Positions 55,201 through 62,414 of a DNA stretch of 64,000 bases are shown here, one piece after another. The DNA comes from a virus. Under the pieces are notes generated by a model. That model searched no databases, was not told where the DNA came from, and saw nothing but the letters and a program-made list of their open reading frames with translations. The translations under genes were made by a program, and so were the position numbers. The number at the start of each line of letters is the position of its first letter. Position 1 is the stretch's first letter. The stretch covers positions 54,472-118,471 of the IMG/VR virus record IMGVR_UViG_3300007513_000013; one strand, 5' to 3'.

Positions 55201-58148
55201 AACTCAAAGGTCACTCTCTTATTTTGCCCGGCATGCAGGCAACGGCGGACAGCCACAAAGAAGCCTACCATGAATCCTTCGTCCTGCAGGAGTCAACTAA
55301 ACAGAAACTATTAGATCTCAAAAAGGTCGGCATGTGGGGCGGCTACGAAGAAGCAATCGAAGCCATGGAAATGGCTCTTGAGGCAGTCAAAGCTGCCACT
55401 GAGGCTCATAAGAAAGATTGGGAACAAGCCAAAGAACTGGTTAGTGATGCTAACACATATGTTCAATATTCCGGCACAGCAAAAGGCGCAAAGAATCTCA
55501 TTGAATCTGGCTATTTAGATCTAAGAAAAGGGGCTTATTTAAACCTAACAGACTTTATTGAAGAATTTGGCAGTGAAGAACTATATGATATATTTGGTGC
55601 CGTTGGATCAGAACAATATGATCCCGATATTGATGCTCATGAGTTTTTCGATTCATGGGAATACGGATTAAGACTGGTTTATGTTTTTCCACTGGGCGGT
55701 TCTTGGGACACAGATAAACTCAGTGCAGATAAAGTTGGATTATGGCACGGCTCAGAAAATGTACCGGTGCTTCCAGATCCATCCAACGAAGGGTTGGCAG
55801 ACAAAGATAATCCGACACGTTGGGCCAAAGAACTTCATGAATATCGAGAGCGATTAATCTTAGATGCAATTAAGGGCGGATTCCACACCGATTTCATCGG
55901 ATACGGCGGTGTTAATTATCCTAACACCCAAAATTTTAGAATTACTGCGGAAGAATCAAATGGTTATTGGAAGGGCGGCCCAGTTAAAATAAACGCCCAG
56001 AAGGCCGCCGTCCAGGTAGATACACTGCGAGTTTTTGAGAATCTGCCCCCAGTAGGTGTTCCGCGATATCTAAATCATACGCAAGGCTGGGAGTTTTGGG
56101 TTTCAATGCAACAAGCAAGAGAAATATTAGGTTACAGCGAGAGTGTGAGTCATATTCCACAAATGGTGAAACATTATGAAGAATATTTAGAAAAACACTT
56201 TGCAAGTTTGTATGGGCCCACAATTAATTTAAAAAACTCATTTCAAACTTACAATTCCTATGAAGACGTTTTTGACGGCGACGATACTTATGAAACAGGT
56301 TATTGGAACTCAAAGAAAACCAATGGTGATGGTTACATAGAGGTTTTACAAGACTTCTGGGATGCCTCGGTTTCGCTTGATGCTGCTAATGAAACTGACA
56401 TGTCAACTATCGCTGCAAAAAATAGCTATATTATTCGTGAAAGAATACTTCACCTGACTGCACAACAAGAAAAAAAATTATTTGTATCTCCGGAAATATA
56501 TTGCGTTCCCCTTGCAGAGGTTAATGTGCCTGTTATTGCAGGCGGCGGTTCTCCAAAGCTTTTACGCTATAGGGAAGACATTAATATATACAAAGAATAT
56601 CCAAAAGAAGATTTGATGCAACGCTTAGAGGAAAAGCTAAAAACACCTTGGGGAAAAGACAACGGCCTCTTATATAACATGTACGATCTGGAAGCTTCAA
56701 TTTCCTTCTTGGCACTTTATCTTATTCAAAAATCATATGAATCAGAAGAGTACAAGGATATGTTTAAGTCAACTAAGCGTTTATTGCGCACAACGTTTTA
56801 TACATGCATGTTGGCCCAAAGAGCAACTCATGATACTGATGAATTTGATTCGTGGGAGCTTTGGATGGGCTGGATGTGTAAAAAAGGCGACGGCCCTTGT
56901 GGAAGTGAAAACGGCGAAATACTTTGTATGATAGCTAATATGATAGGTGTGGCATGGCCCCCGGATTTAGGGAAGCTTTTCACTCTTTCACCGCTAGCCA
57001 TACTAAAAATATTGGTAATGATAATTGATCCAACATGGTGCAAAATGCCATGGACTATTCCTGGTATCGTTATGTATTATTTAAATAAACTAACTGATGG
57101 CTGGTGGGATTGGGACTGGTGGGAGAATGACGGCAAAAAGTGTCTACCATTGCCGCCAAGCCCACTTGAACCACCTCCTGAAGTGCCCGAACTAGAAAAA
57201 CTAAAGAAGTTTCAAATCTTGAAATTGGGCATGCTCTATAAAGCAGCCGGTTCAGTGACGGACGAAAGCCTTGAAGATATTATTCTTGCTTTTGACGCTG
57301 ACGATAAACACACATACGGCTTTGACCAAACTAGGCTGTGGCAAGCACTTCTTAAATCTACAGAAAACCCCAATGGCGCCATTGTAGGCCTAGAGGAAGT
57401 ATTTGAGAGAACTGCACAGTTCCTTCAACTTAGAGAAGAGTTAAAAGAAAGTCATCACAAGCTTTTAAACGATGTTATAAACGGCAAGGGAATAGGCACT
57501 CCTGAATCTCCAGGCGAACTTTACTCTTATGTATGTGCGGGGTGGACATGTGAAGATTTTATGTCTGATCCCAACAAAGAGATTGAAGGAATGCCAGATA
57601 CGTTAGCTTATTGCCTAGCAAAAGCAAAATATATTAATCGCTTTGAAGAGTTCGAGGCAACTGTTAATGAATTTAAAGCAATTTTTGAGGCCGCAAAGAG
57701 TGCTGATAACCCTAAAGATAAAATAGAAATTGATTATGACGATGCCGGAGAGTTGGCAATGCTTGAAATTAATCTCTCTGAGGATGGGCCATACTGTCAA
57801 GAACCCCCGGAAGCCCCTGTGTCAAGCGACCCCTTGCCCGTCGAAAACGCATGGGAAATTGGTTGTGTAGATAAATGGTCAGAACTAGAGCAGAGCATAG
57901 AGACCACTCTAAGCCCAGGTACAGATATTGTCTCCATTAACGGTTCAGAGATGACACAAACCAAATGGAGTGAAATCAAGTGTCAGGGGGCTAATACTAT
58001 ATTACAATCGTCATATACTCACAACGAGAAGAGGATGTATGCCTTGATTTTATTTATTGCAATTCAAGAGCTTGAAAGTGGAAAGCTGGTGGAAGAACTA
58101 GAGTCTCAATTTAAAAACGCTATAACTGAATTCAAATTGTTGAGTTAA
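49209..58148 (+). CDS. 2979-aa hypothetical protein, probably structural (baseplate region)
   Basis: Uninterrupted 8.9-kb ORF between gp5-like and gp25-like genes; no motif recognised. Confidence 0.8.
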   Translation: MGKLNKEQIVEKYKHTKWYKRWANNKDIFDTDSEFSLVYDFENDEPLEFPLLAIEKNLVWSWKKDISSIHTPRWADVYEGKDNPRGKISKLEGTDWSYYIYDTFNFDMAHALRGNPGINPDLTSPYGMADLIKGNFIDYVLLSLAPVLKLSGKKIGLDSDGYPKPGSPWGKISKEINNLGVGSKDSPIQFGAYDIEVRGAHDTAKMVGPGLRFLIGIRNSLLDELPDDEKLLGGSPKTINMDDLNPAASIVFKIGDIDSDLDAMIELFKFYGRWTKERGEFKVEYKKSEKEKKVPINLTFEKEAENLEKFKSKLKEFISNASGRVKAVSSVRSTPRRPGFGTVVEAEEAGFTEKSMNEAEDKYKTPDVDLKSKTKWAPLTSMAKDLKAGAMMEMIKEQTRWGDKENIVEIAVNTSWEIMYVVEYQPAGKFKTDGKPLQKGGRIAIGRLDTAWNSDKTKNKAIANTRLILRELADFKSSDVVNKRTIGYISKLHGFKNGFKNEKLAAFVPRQAKTHPSQLPPEKFLKDNTVDPAGKKLTFTYSANPKIALEKIRKSLDNNPLASAGNRALIKESVEDKDFVDKYLSYLENWDDKIQDGFFENLPAKPKRLRLHDWPNTFDDIYYEVLNQADVQALVVELIRCLAPENWLYILCKKAMKYIGFERFMEQLQNSGLLEQLMEGNEALAAGLNDYRQKQTVQASEKFSLAQEKEEIDKEIEALETLKAAQGGSGDVDAYMDTTLDERLDQLWGLRQLVEVDQGMAALGDPIYPMSEEFADGLEEANDMMMDAIGNLQDPNLIDKICKNIIPMVKELWQLMKDLYAFFAGLPPDWSAKKRSLTLKRPKLQIDDLGKIIIEILRQMAAQAIAAAVLFFVKKLLQELIDACNNFMDWLENGDPEDDATPGSASFDDMLAENEDFSGLFDAMSGNLGLKPGKLGPADIAATSEELLNLMGDLELLFSQIELCGLFYGKPTLTTTTIIRNLILAKYEIIASKLQESDSSYITDASIIDFFSGFQNYIDNSFCSNIMEGKEKASLYEVCLPPPNIQSLKEDLLDGNATEEQIENVLEQNKLDHEALLDWALDMAMQDELIEPPPVFCGPDGPGLIERGSVGPTKFTNDMVLEQLFEPIDHEFRGDLTYFITKLTSKNTFGNPMGLGLSDETDQNGNRVGRTDLNDTWGWNDNMSEAQDSLIGKANRAAARNSNGIYAKPILFNIYSSLRNDRTVRHAYVASNYILRNIDGYKNSDMLDSYVLDAETPSYISLNAWRMAEKFGTQDKLGLQPDIGLLQSSPVILSLLPNVFGADPTNKTDKRYLLRLNDAVTQLSDWTDLKVPSDHKWNYIKGSKSEANNLDEDTCRFYGDLLPLNEKLAEKFEYPFKGSDFFFETGPGTPNVGPFNDSRRPINSVYLESFMKKRFSDNIDAIYVPQAYTADASAIFVLPEDDNPQEHIEELSIAVHGVGENGGLAEFMGHYRFAAVMHDEIVWGSARFLGQSFFFRREKDVKEYLYSLIPTKVTGIGSGCVPLPDGSILKVDEIKTKIRTRKKELECEEQQPKMGHDPSFFGLSAAEGMVLTIARTYAVETALRLLPMLWEMEIDGPLRSEALIDYVTMKAVDEFIQLDWENTFITHTNMYKRHHRPKVVQIKYHDLESMDIGEVAGSVAKPGQKLRPPGVYTEDLPIPAAPAKLILNKETKKYEHGPFHPKYQAHILAMANKIVFRLAKKAEESGGKDKDGNPLSYLADPFDTDDPGNVLEGAKVYPKEMFEKNPYSIEGFKFLMKTEIKEVSKFFGKKFSELDMPSYISGDYPNMYQWWLKNVMRLEAPDIYLSATNSGTSQGEYLGTGPENFDAYMAKLFDKFPDKKGSWKSQTVKAIEDVVDLKFLFEQDLHSHWMPRLVYKDSHLKWVGSKFGNQAGGKTASKGQSFGRFYAVVPGFTDGPADPDGDQVDQIMMKRSAWEIYGKKGAFVLEPYIKIKQTTLEDGTPKIISAGDKKFQPFNLDKLKGHSLILPGMQATADSHKEAYHESFVLQESTKQKLLDLKKVGMWGGYEEAIEAMEMALEAVKAATEAHKKDWEQAKELVSDANTYVQYSGTAKGAKNLIESGYLDLRKGAYLNLTDFIEEFGSEELYDIFGAVGSEQYDPDIDAHEFFDSWEYGLRLVYVFPLGGSWDTDKLSADKVGLWHGSENVPVLPDPSNEGLADKDNPTRWAKELHEYRERLILDAIKGGFHTDFIGYGGVNYPNTQNFRITAEESNGYWKGGPVKINAQKAAVQVDTLRVFENLPPVGVPRYLNHTQGWEFWVSMQQAREILGYSESVSHIPQMVKHYEEYLEKHFASLYGPTINLKNSFQTYNSYEDVFDGDDTYETGYWNSKKTNGDGYIEVLQDFWDASVSLDAANETDMSTIAAKNSYIIRERILHLTAQQEKKLFVSPEIYCVPLAEVNVPVIAGGGSPKLLRYREDINIYKEYPKEDLMQRLEEKLKTPWGKDNGLLYNMYDLEASISFLALYLIQKSYESEEYKDMFKSTKRLLRTTFYTCMLAQRATHDTDEFDSWELWMGWMCKKGDGPCGSENGEILCMIANMIGVAWPPDLGKLFTLSPLAILKILVMIIDPTWCKMPWTIPGIVMYYLNKLTDGWWDWDWWENDGKKCLPLPPSPLEPPPEVPELEKLKKFQILKLGMLYKAAGSVTDESLEDIILAFDADDKHTYGFDQTRLWQALLKSTENPNGAIVGLEEVFERTAQFLQLREELKESHHKLLNDVINGKGIGTPESPGELYSYVCAGWTCEDFMSDPNKEIEGMPDTLAYCLAKAKYINRFEEFEATVNEFKAIFEAAKSADNPKDKIEIDYDDAGELAMLEINLSEDGPYCQEPPEAPVSSDPLPVENAWEIGCVDKWSELEQSIETTLSPGTDIVSINGSEMTQTKWSEIKCQGANTILQSSYTHNEKRMYALILFIAIQELESGKLVEELESQFKNAITEFKLLS

Positions 58149-58175
58149 AATATAATAAATTAATTCACACCTACA

Positions 58176-58182
58176 CTATTTA
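58176..58182 (+). promoter_or_regulatory. CTATTTA, candidate phage late-promoter motif
   Basis: Intergenic, 25 nt before the gp25-like ATG at 58208. Confidence 0.5.
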
Positions 58183-58207
58183 GATATGAAGCGGAGAACA
58201 TTAATAA

Positions 58208-58603
58208 ATGGAAGGATTTTCACCTAAATTACCTCTTACTGTTGATTATACCGATGGTTATACGTTGACAAAAACTTATAAGGAAGTTATTGCGCAAAAT
58301 TTAAAACATTTAGTTTTAACTGCGCCTGGCGAAAGGATTATGGATCCGGAGTTTGGAGTGGGTATTCGAAATTATTTATTCAGACATAACATAGAATCGG
58401 TTCATCAAGAAATTTTATATACCATTGACAGCCAAGTTGCTAAATATATGCCCTTCATAGAAGTGGAACCAGAAATATTAGCTTTAGGGGATTCTTCTGA
58501 TAGTGTGGAAGATTTTAATGGAATAAATCTAAGAATTAAATACTCTGTTAAGCCTTTAAACTTGACAGATGTGCTAGAAATAACAATTGATGAAACTATT
58601 TAG
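58208..58603 (+). CDS. Baseplate wedge subunit, T4 gp25-like
   Basis: QNLKHLVLTAPGERIMDPEFGVGIRNYLF and AKYMPFI. Confidence 0.92.
   Translation: MEGFSPKLPLTVDYTDGYTLTKTYKEVIAQNLKHLVLTAPGERIMDPEFGVGIRNYLFRHNIESVHQEILYTIDSQVAKYMPFIEVEPEILALGDSSDSVEDFNGINLRIKYSVKPLNLTDVLEITIDETI
58596..58602 (+). promoter_or_regulatory. CTATTTA, candidate phage late-promoter motif
   Basis: Overlaps the gp25 stop, 27 nt before the gp6-like ATG at 58630. Confidence 0.45.
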
Positions 58604-58629
58604 TTTAAACTTATAAGGGTTTATAATTA

Positions 58630-60447
58630 ATGGCAAAAAAAGAAAATGTACCTATTAAATATACTAGCAGAGACTTTGCATCGATTAGAAGCGATTTAGT
58701 TTCGTATGCAAAAAAATATTACCCCAAGACATTTAAAGATTTTAACGAGGCCTCTTTTGGCGCCTTAATGTTGGATACTGTTGCCTATACTGGTGACATA
58801 CTTTCATTTTATTTAGACTATCAGGCCAACGAATCTTTCTTAGATACAGCAGTGGAAGTCAACAATGTTATTAGATTGGGAAAACAAACTGGATATAATT
58901 TTGAACATTTTTCAACTTCTTTTGGTAAAGTTTCCTTGTATGTTTTAGTGCCCGCCAACGCCAATGGTATTGGAGTAAATTCTGATTATGTGCCGATTTT
59001 AAAGCGCGGCACTTCATTTTCTTCGCAAGGCGGCGGGAACTTTATTTTGACCAATGACGTTGATTTTTCTGGGCAAGACACGGAAGTGATCGCTGCTAAA
59101 TTTGATGATAACACTTCAGCAACAACTTATTACGCAATTAAAAGCGAAGGCGCCGTAATTTCTGGCGATATGACAATGGACTTTATTGAAGTGGGGGACT
59201 ATCAGCCGTATTATAGCGCAGAGTTAGCAGGCGGCAATACTATTTCTGAAATTGTTTCTGTTATTGATTCACTAGGAAATGAATATTATGAAGTAGATTA
59301 TTTATCTCAAGATACAATATATATACCAGTCTCAAATACAGGCGCAGATAAAGATGTTGTCCCTAGTATAATGAAACCATTGTCAGTTCCAAGAAGATTT
59401 GTTGTTGTAAAGGAATTTGGTAAAACCTTTTTACAGTTTGGTTACGGCGCTGAAGTCGAGCTATCGTCAGAAACTGAAAGTATTAAAGATCCAAGCGAAG
59501 TTGTGTTGAAACTACACGGAAAAGATCATATCGTAGATGAAACGTTTGATCCGGCCAACTTATTAGGCACTGACAAACTGGGGGTGAGCCCGGCAAATAC
59601 AACATTACAAGTTGTTTATCGCGTCAACACTTCAATGAATTCCAATGCCGCAACCGATTCTGTAACCAGCGTTAATGGCCCTAGGGTAGAATTCCCTTCA
59701 GCTCTAGAGGGCGTCCAACTAAACTCATCTACAATGAATGAGGTTGTCGGTTCTTTGGAAGTGAAAAATGAAGAGCCGATTCTGGGCGACATAACTCAGC
59801 CAACCATTAAAGAAATTAAACATAGAATAAAAAACACATTTGCAACTCAAAATCGGGCCGTAACATTAGAAGACTATCAAAGTCTTGTCTATAGAATGCC
59901 GGGAAAATACGGTGCAATTAAAAAATGTCATATTATACCAGATGTAAATTCGTTTAAGAGAAATTTAAATTTTTATATTCTTTCAGAAGATGTCAGCGGA
60001 AAGTTGATTCAATCTAACACGCCACTTAAAAGAAACCTTAAAACGTGGATTAACAGATACAAAATGATCAACGACACAATTGATATATTGGATGCACAAA
60101 TTATCAACATTGGCATTGAATTTGAGATAGTTAGCATGCTATCGGCAAACAAATATGATGTTTTAGAGGCTGCAACAGATGCTTTAAGAAGAAAATACAC
60201 AAACTATAGTTACAATATTGGAGAACCGCTTTATATAACAGAGATTTACTCAACTTTAAACAGGGTGAGAGGAGTTTCTGATACACTTAAAGTGAAAATT
60301 ATTAAAAAGGTTGATTCTTCATATTCACAACTTGGATTTAATGTTGATTACTACACTTCACCAGACGGCAGATATGTTGCAATGCCAGAAAATGGAGTTT
60401 TTGAAATTAAGTTTCCAGATGTAGACATCAAAGGGGCTGTTAAATAA
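58630..60447 (+). CDS. Baseplate wedge subunit, T4 gp6-like
   Basis: YTSRDFASIRSDL, LSFYLDYQANESFLDTA, and TQNRAVTLEDY. Confidence 0.9.
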   Translation: MAKKENVPIKYTSRDFASIRSDLVSYAKKYYPKTFKDFNEASFGALMLDTVAYTGDILSFYLDYQANESFLDTAVEVNNVIRLGKQTGYNFEHFSTSFGKVSLYVLVPANANGIGVNSDYVPILKRGTSFSSQGGGNFILTNDVDFSGQDTEVIAAKFDDNTSATTYYAIKSEGAVISGDMTMDFIEVGDYQPYYSAELAGGNTISEIVSVIDSLGNEYYEVDYLSQDTIYIPVSNTGADKDVVPSIMKPLSVPRRFVVVKEFGKTFLQFGYGAEVELSSETESIKDPSEVVLKLHGKDHIVDETFDPANLLGTDKLGVSPANTTLQVVYRVNTSMNSNAATDSVTSVNGPRVEFPSALEGVQLNSSTMNEVVGSLEVKNEEPILGDITQPTIKEIKHRIKNTFATQNRAVTLEDYQSLVYRMPGKYGAIKKCHIIPDVNSFKRNLNFYILSEDVSGKLIQSNTPLKRNLKTWINRYKMINDTIDILDAQIINIGIEFEIVSMLSANKYDVLEAATDALRRKYTNYSYNIGEPLYITEIYSTLNRVRGVSDTLKVKIIKKVDSSYSQLGFNVDYYTSPDGRYVAMPENGVFEIKFPDVDIKGAVK

Positions 60448-62408
60448 TGTCAATATTAAGATACACGGCTAGTGCAGACACAACTATAACAAACGCGTTT
60501 GAGTTTGATATGAAAACCAGAGGCACCGGCTCCAACATGGGAGCTTCAGATAGTTTAGAGGTTTTTTCTATTTATAACCAAGTTAGTAGTTCTACGAGCG
60601 GTAAAAGCGCCGAATTGTCTCGCGTCTTGGTAAATTTCCCAATTTCTACTATAGAAAGCGACAGAACAGCCGGAACACTTCCAGCCTTTGGAAAAGTTAA
60701 TTTTTATTTAAGAATGTTTAATGCAGAGCATGCTTCTACAACTCCTGCGCAATTTACTTTAACAGCGTCAGCAGTCACAACAGATTGGGAAGAAGGTTTT
60801 GGTTTGGATATGGAGTCCTATAAGGATTTGACTCGCGATGGAGAGGGGGCAAACTGGATTAATTCAAGGGCCCTCAACGCAGCTACAGCAACTTTCACCT
60901 TTACGAATACCGGCAATGCCGCGGGAACTTATGCTGATGAGGCAACAATTACCATTACAGATGCCGGAGACGTAGCGAAAACCTATAAAATCATGACCGG
61001 TTTTGATGCCAATGCGGCCAATCAAGAATTTAACACTGGCGCAACTGATGAGGCCGCCGCAGCAAATTTCAAACAAATTGTCGAGAGCGCAAATGGTCAT
61101 AATGGCACTATACTTGTTACTGTTGATGGCGGCACTGTCACAATGACACAATCAGTCACTGGCACTCGCGGCCTTAAAGATATTACAGTATCCTCCTCTC
61201 CAGATTGGAACGCCAATACAAGCACAAATGTAGGCACAGCCTTTTCGCTAGCATCTTTGTGGACTAGGGCTGGTGGTGATTATGATTTCCATCCAGATTC
61301 TTCTTTTCATCAAAGTTTTGAATCCGGCCGCGAAGATTTGGAACTTGATATCACGCCTCTTGTTGAACAATGGTTAAATTCTGCTGGAAATACTTATGGA
61401 AATAAATCTAGTGCTCGATATGGCGTTGGAGTCTTTCTAACAGGAACACAAGAGGCGCACCATGATGAAGCTGATAGTGGCGGAGTGTTAAAAAACCTTA
61501 GTGGCTCTGCGCGCTCCTATTATACTAAAAAGTTTTTTGCAAGAGGCAGTGAGTTTTTCTTTAAACGGCCCCTTATCGAAGCGAGATGGGATTCCTCCAG
61601 AAAAGACAACCGGTCAAACTTTTACTTTAGTAGTTCCATTGCACCTGGAGAAGATAACTTAAACACGATATATTTATATAATTACGTAAGAGGCCAATTG
61701 AAGAATATTCCAGGAGTTGGCACTACAGGTTCTATTTTGGTCAGCATATACTCTGGCTCTGCAGATAATACTGCCGCGCTGGAAACAGCACAGCAAAAAC
61801 TTTGGAACCCATATAACGTTGAGCCAACGGCAGGAGGGGCCCATGTCTTAAATATAACGGGTAGTTACGTCTCTACTGGTATTTATTCTGCTTCGTTTGC
61901 CCTTACTGGAACATCGGGCTTAACAACTATATATGATGTTTGGCATAGCGGAACGTTTGCAAATCCGCACGTACATCAGTATTTTACGGGCGCAATATCT
62001 ACAAACGACTTTAATTCTTCAGAGATCGATCCGAATGCAAATTATGTAATGAATATGAAAAACTTAAGACCAATTTATTCGGACAAGGAGACAGCCAGAT
62101 TTAGATTGTTTACTAGAAAAAAAGATTGGTCCCCAACTATTTACACAAAGGCAACCAAGAACATTAAAACCGATATTATAGAGGACGTTTATTATAAAAT
62201 ATTTAGAGTTAAAGACAATCATACAATAATCGATTACGGAACAGGAAGTTTAAACCACACCAGATTGTCTTATGATGTTAGTGGAAGTTATTTTGACTTA
62301 GACATGTCAATACTGCAGAATGATTATATGTATGGAATTAAATTGGTTGCTTATGAAAATGGTAAATATACGGAGCAACCTGATATTTTTAAATTTAGGG
62401 TAGAGTAG
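60447..62408 (+). CDS. Putative baseplate/tail structural protein
   Basis: Directly follows gp6 with a 1-nt overlap; beta-rich, Thr/Ser/Gly/Asn-rich. Confidence 0.6.
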   Translation: MSILRYTASADTTITNAFEFDMKTRGTGSNMGASDSLEVFSIYNQVSSSTSGKSAELSRVLVNFPISTIESDRTAGTLPAFGKVNFYLRMFNAEHASTTPAQFTLTASAVTTDWEEGFGLDMESYKDLTRDGEGANWINSRALNAATATFTFTNTGNAAGTYADEATITITDAGDVAKTYKIMTGFDANAANQEFNTGATDEAAAANFKQIVESANGHNGTILVTVDGGTVTMTQSVTGTRGLKDITVSSSPDWNANTSTNVGTAFSLASLWTRAGGDYDFHPDSSFHQSFESGREDLELDITPLVEQWLNSAGNTYGNKSSARYGVGVFLTGTQEAHHDEADSGGVLKNLSGSARSYYTKKFFARGSEFFFKRPLIEARWDSSRKDNRSNFYFSSSIAPGEDNLNTIYLYNYVRGQLKNIPGVGTTGSILVSIYSGSADNTAALETAQQKLWNPYNVEPTAGGAHVLNITGSYVSTGIYSASFALTGTSGLTTIYDVWHSGTFANPHVHQYFTGAISTNDFNSSEIDPNANYVMNMKNLRPIYSDKETARFRLFTRKKDWSPTIYTKATKNIKTDIIEDVYYKIFRVKDNHTIIDYGTGSLNHTRLSYDVSGSYFDLDMSILQNDYMYGIKLVAYENGKYTEQPDIFKFRVE

Positions 62409-62414
62409 AACAGG

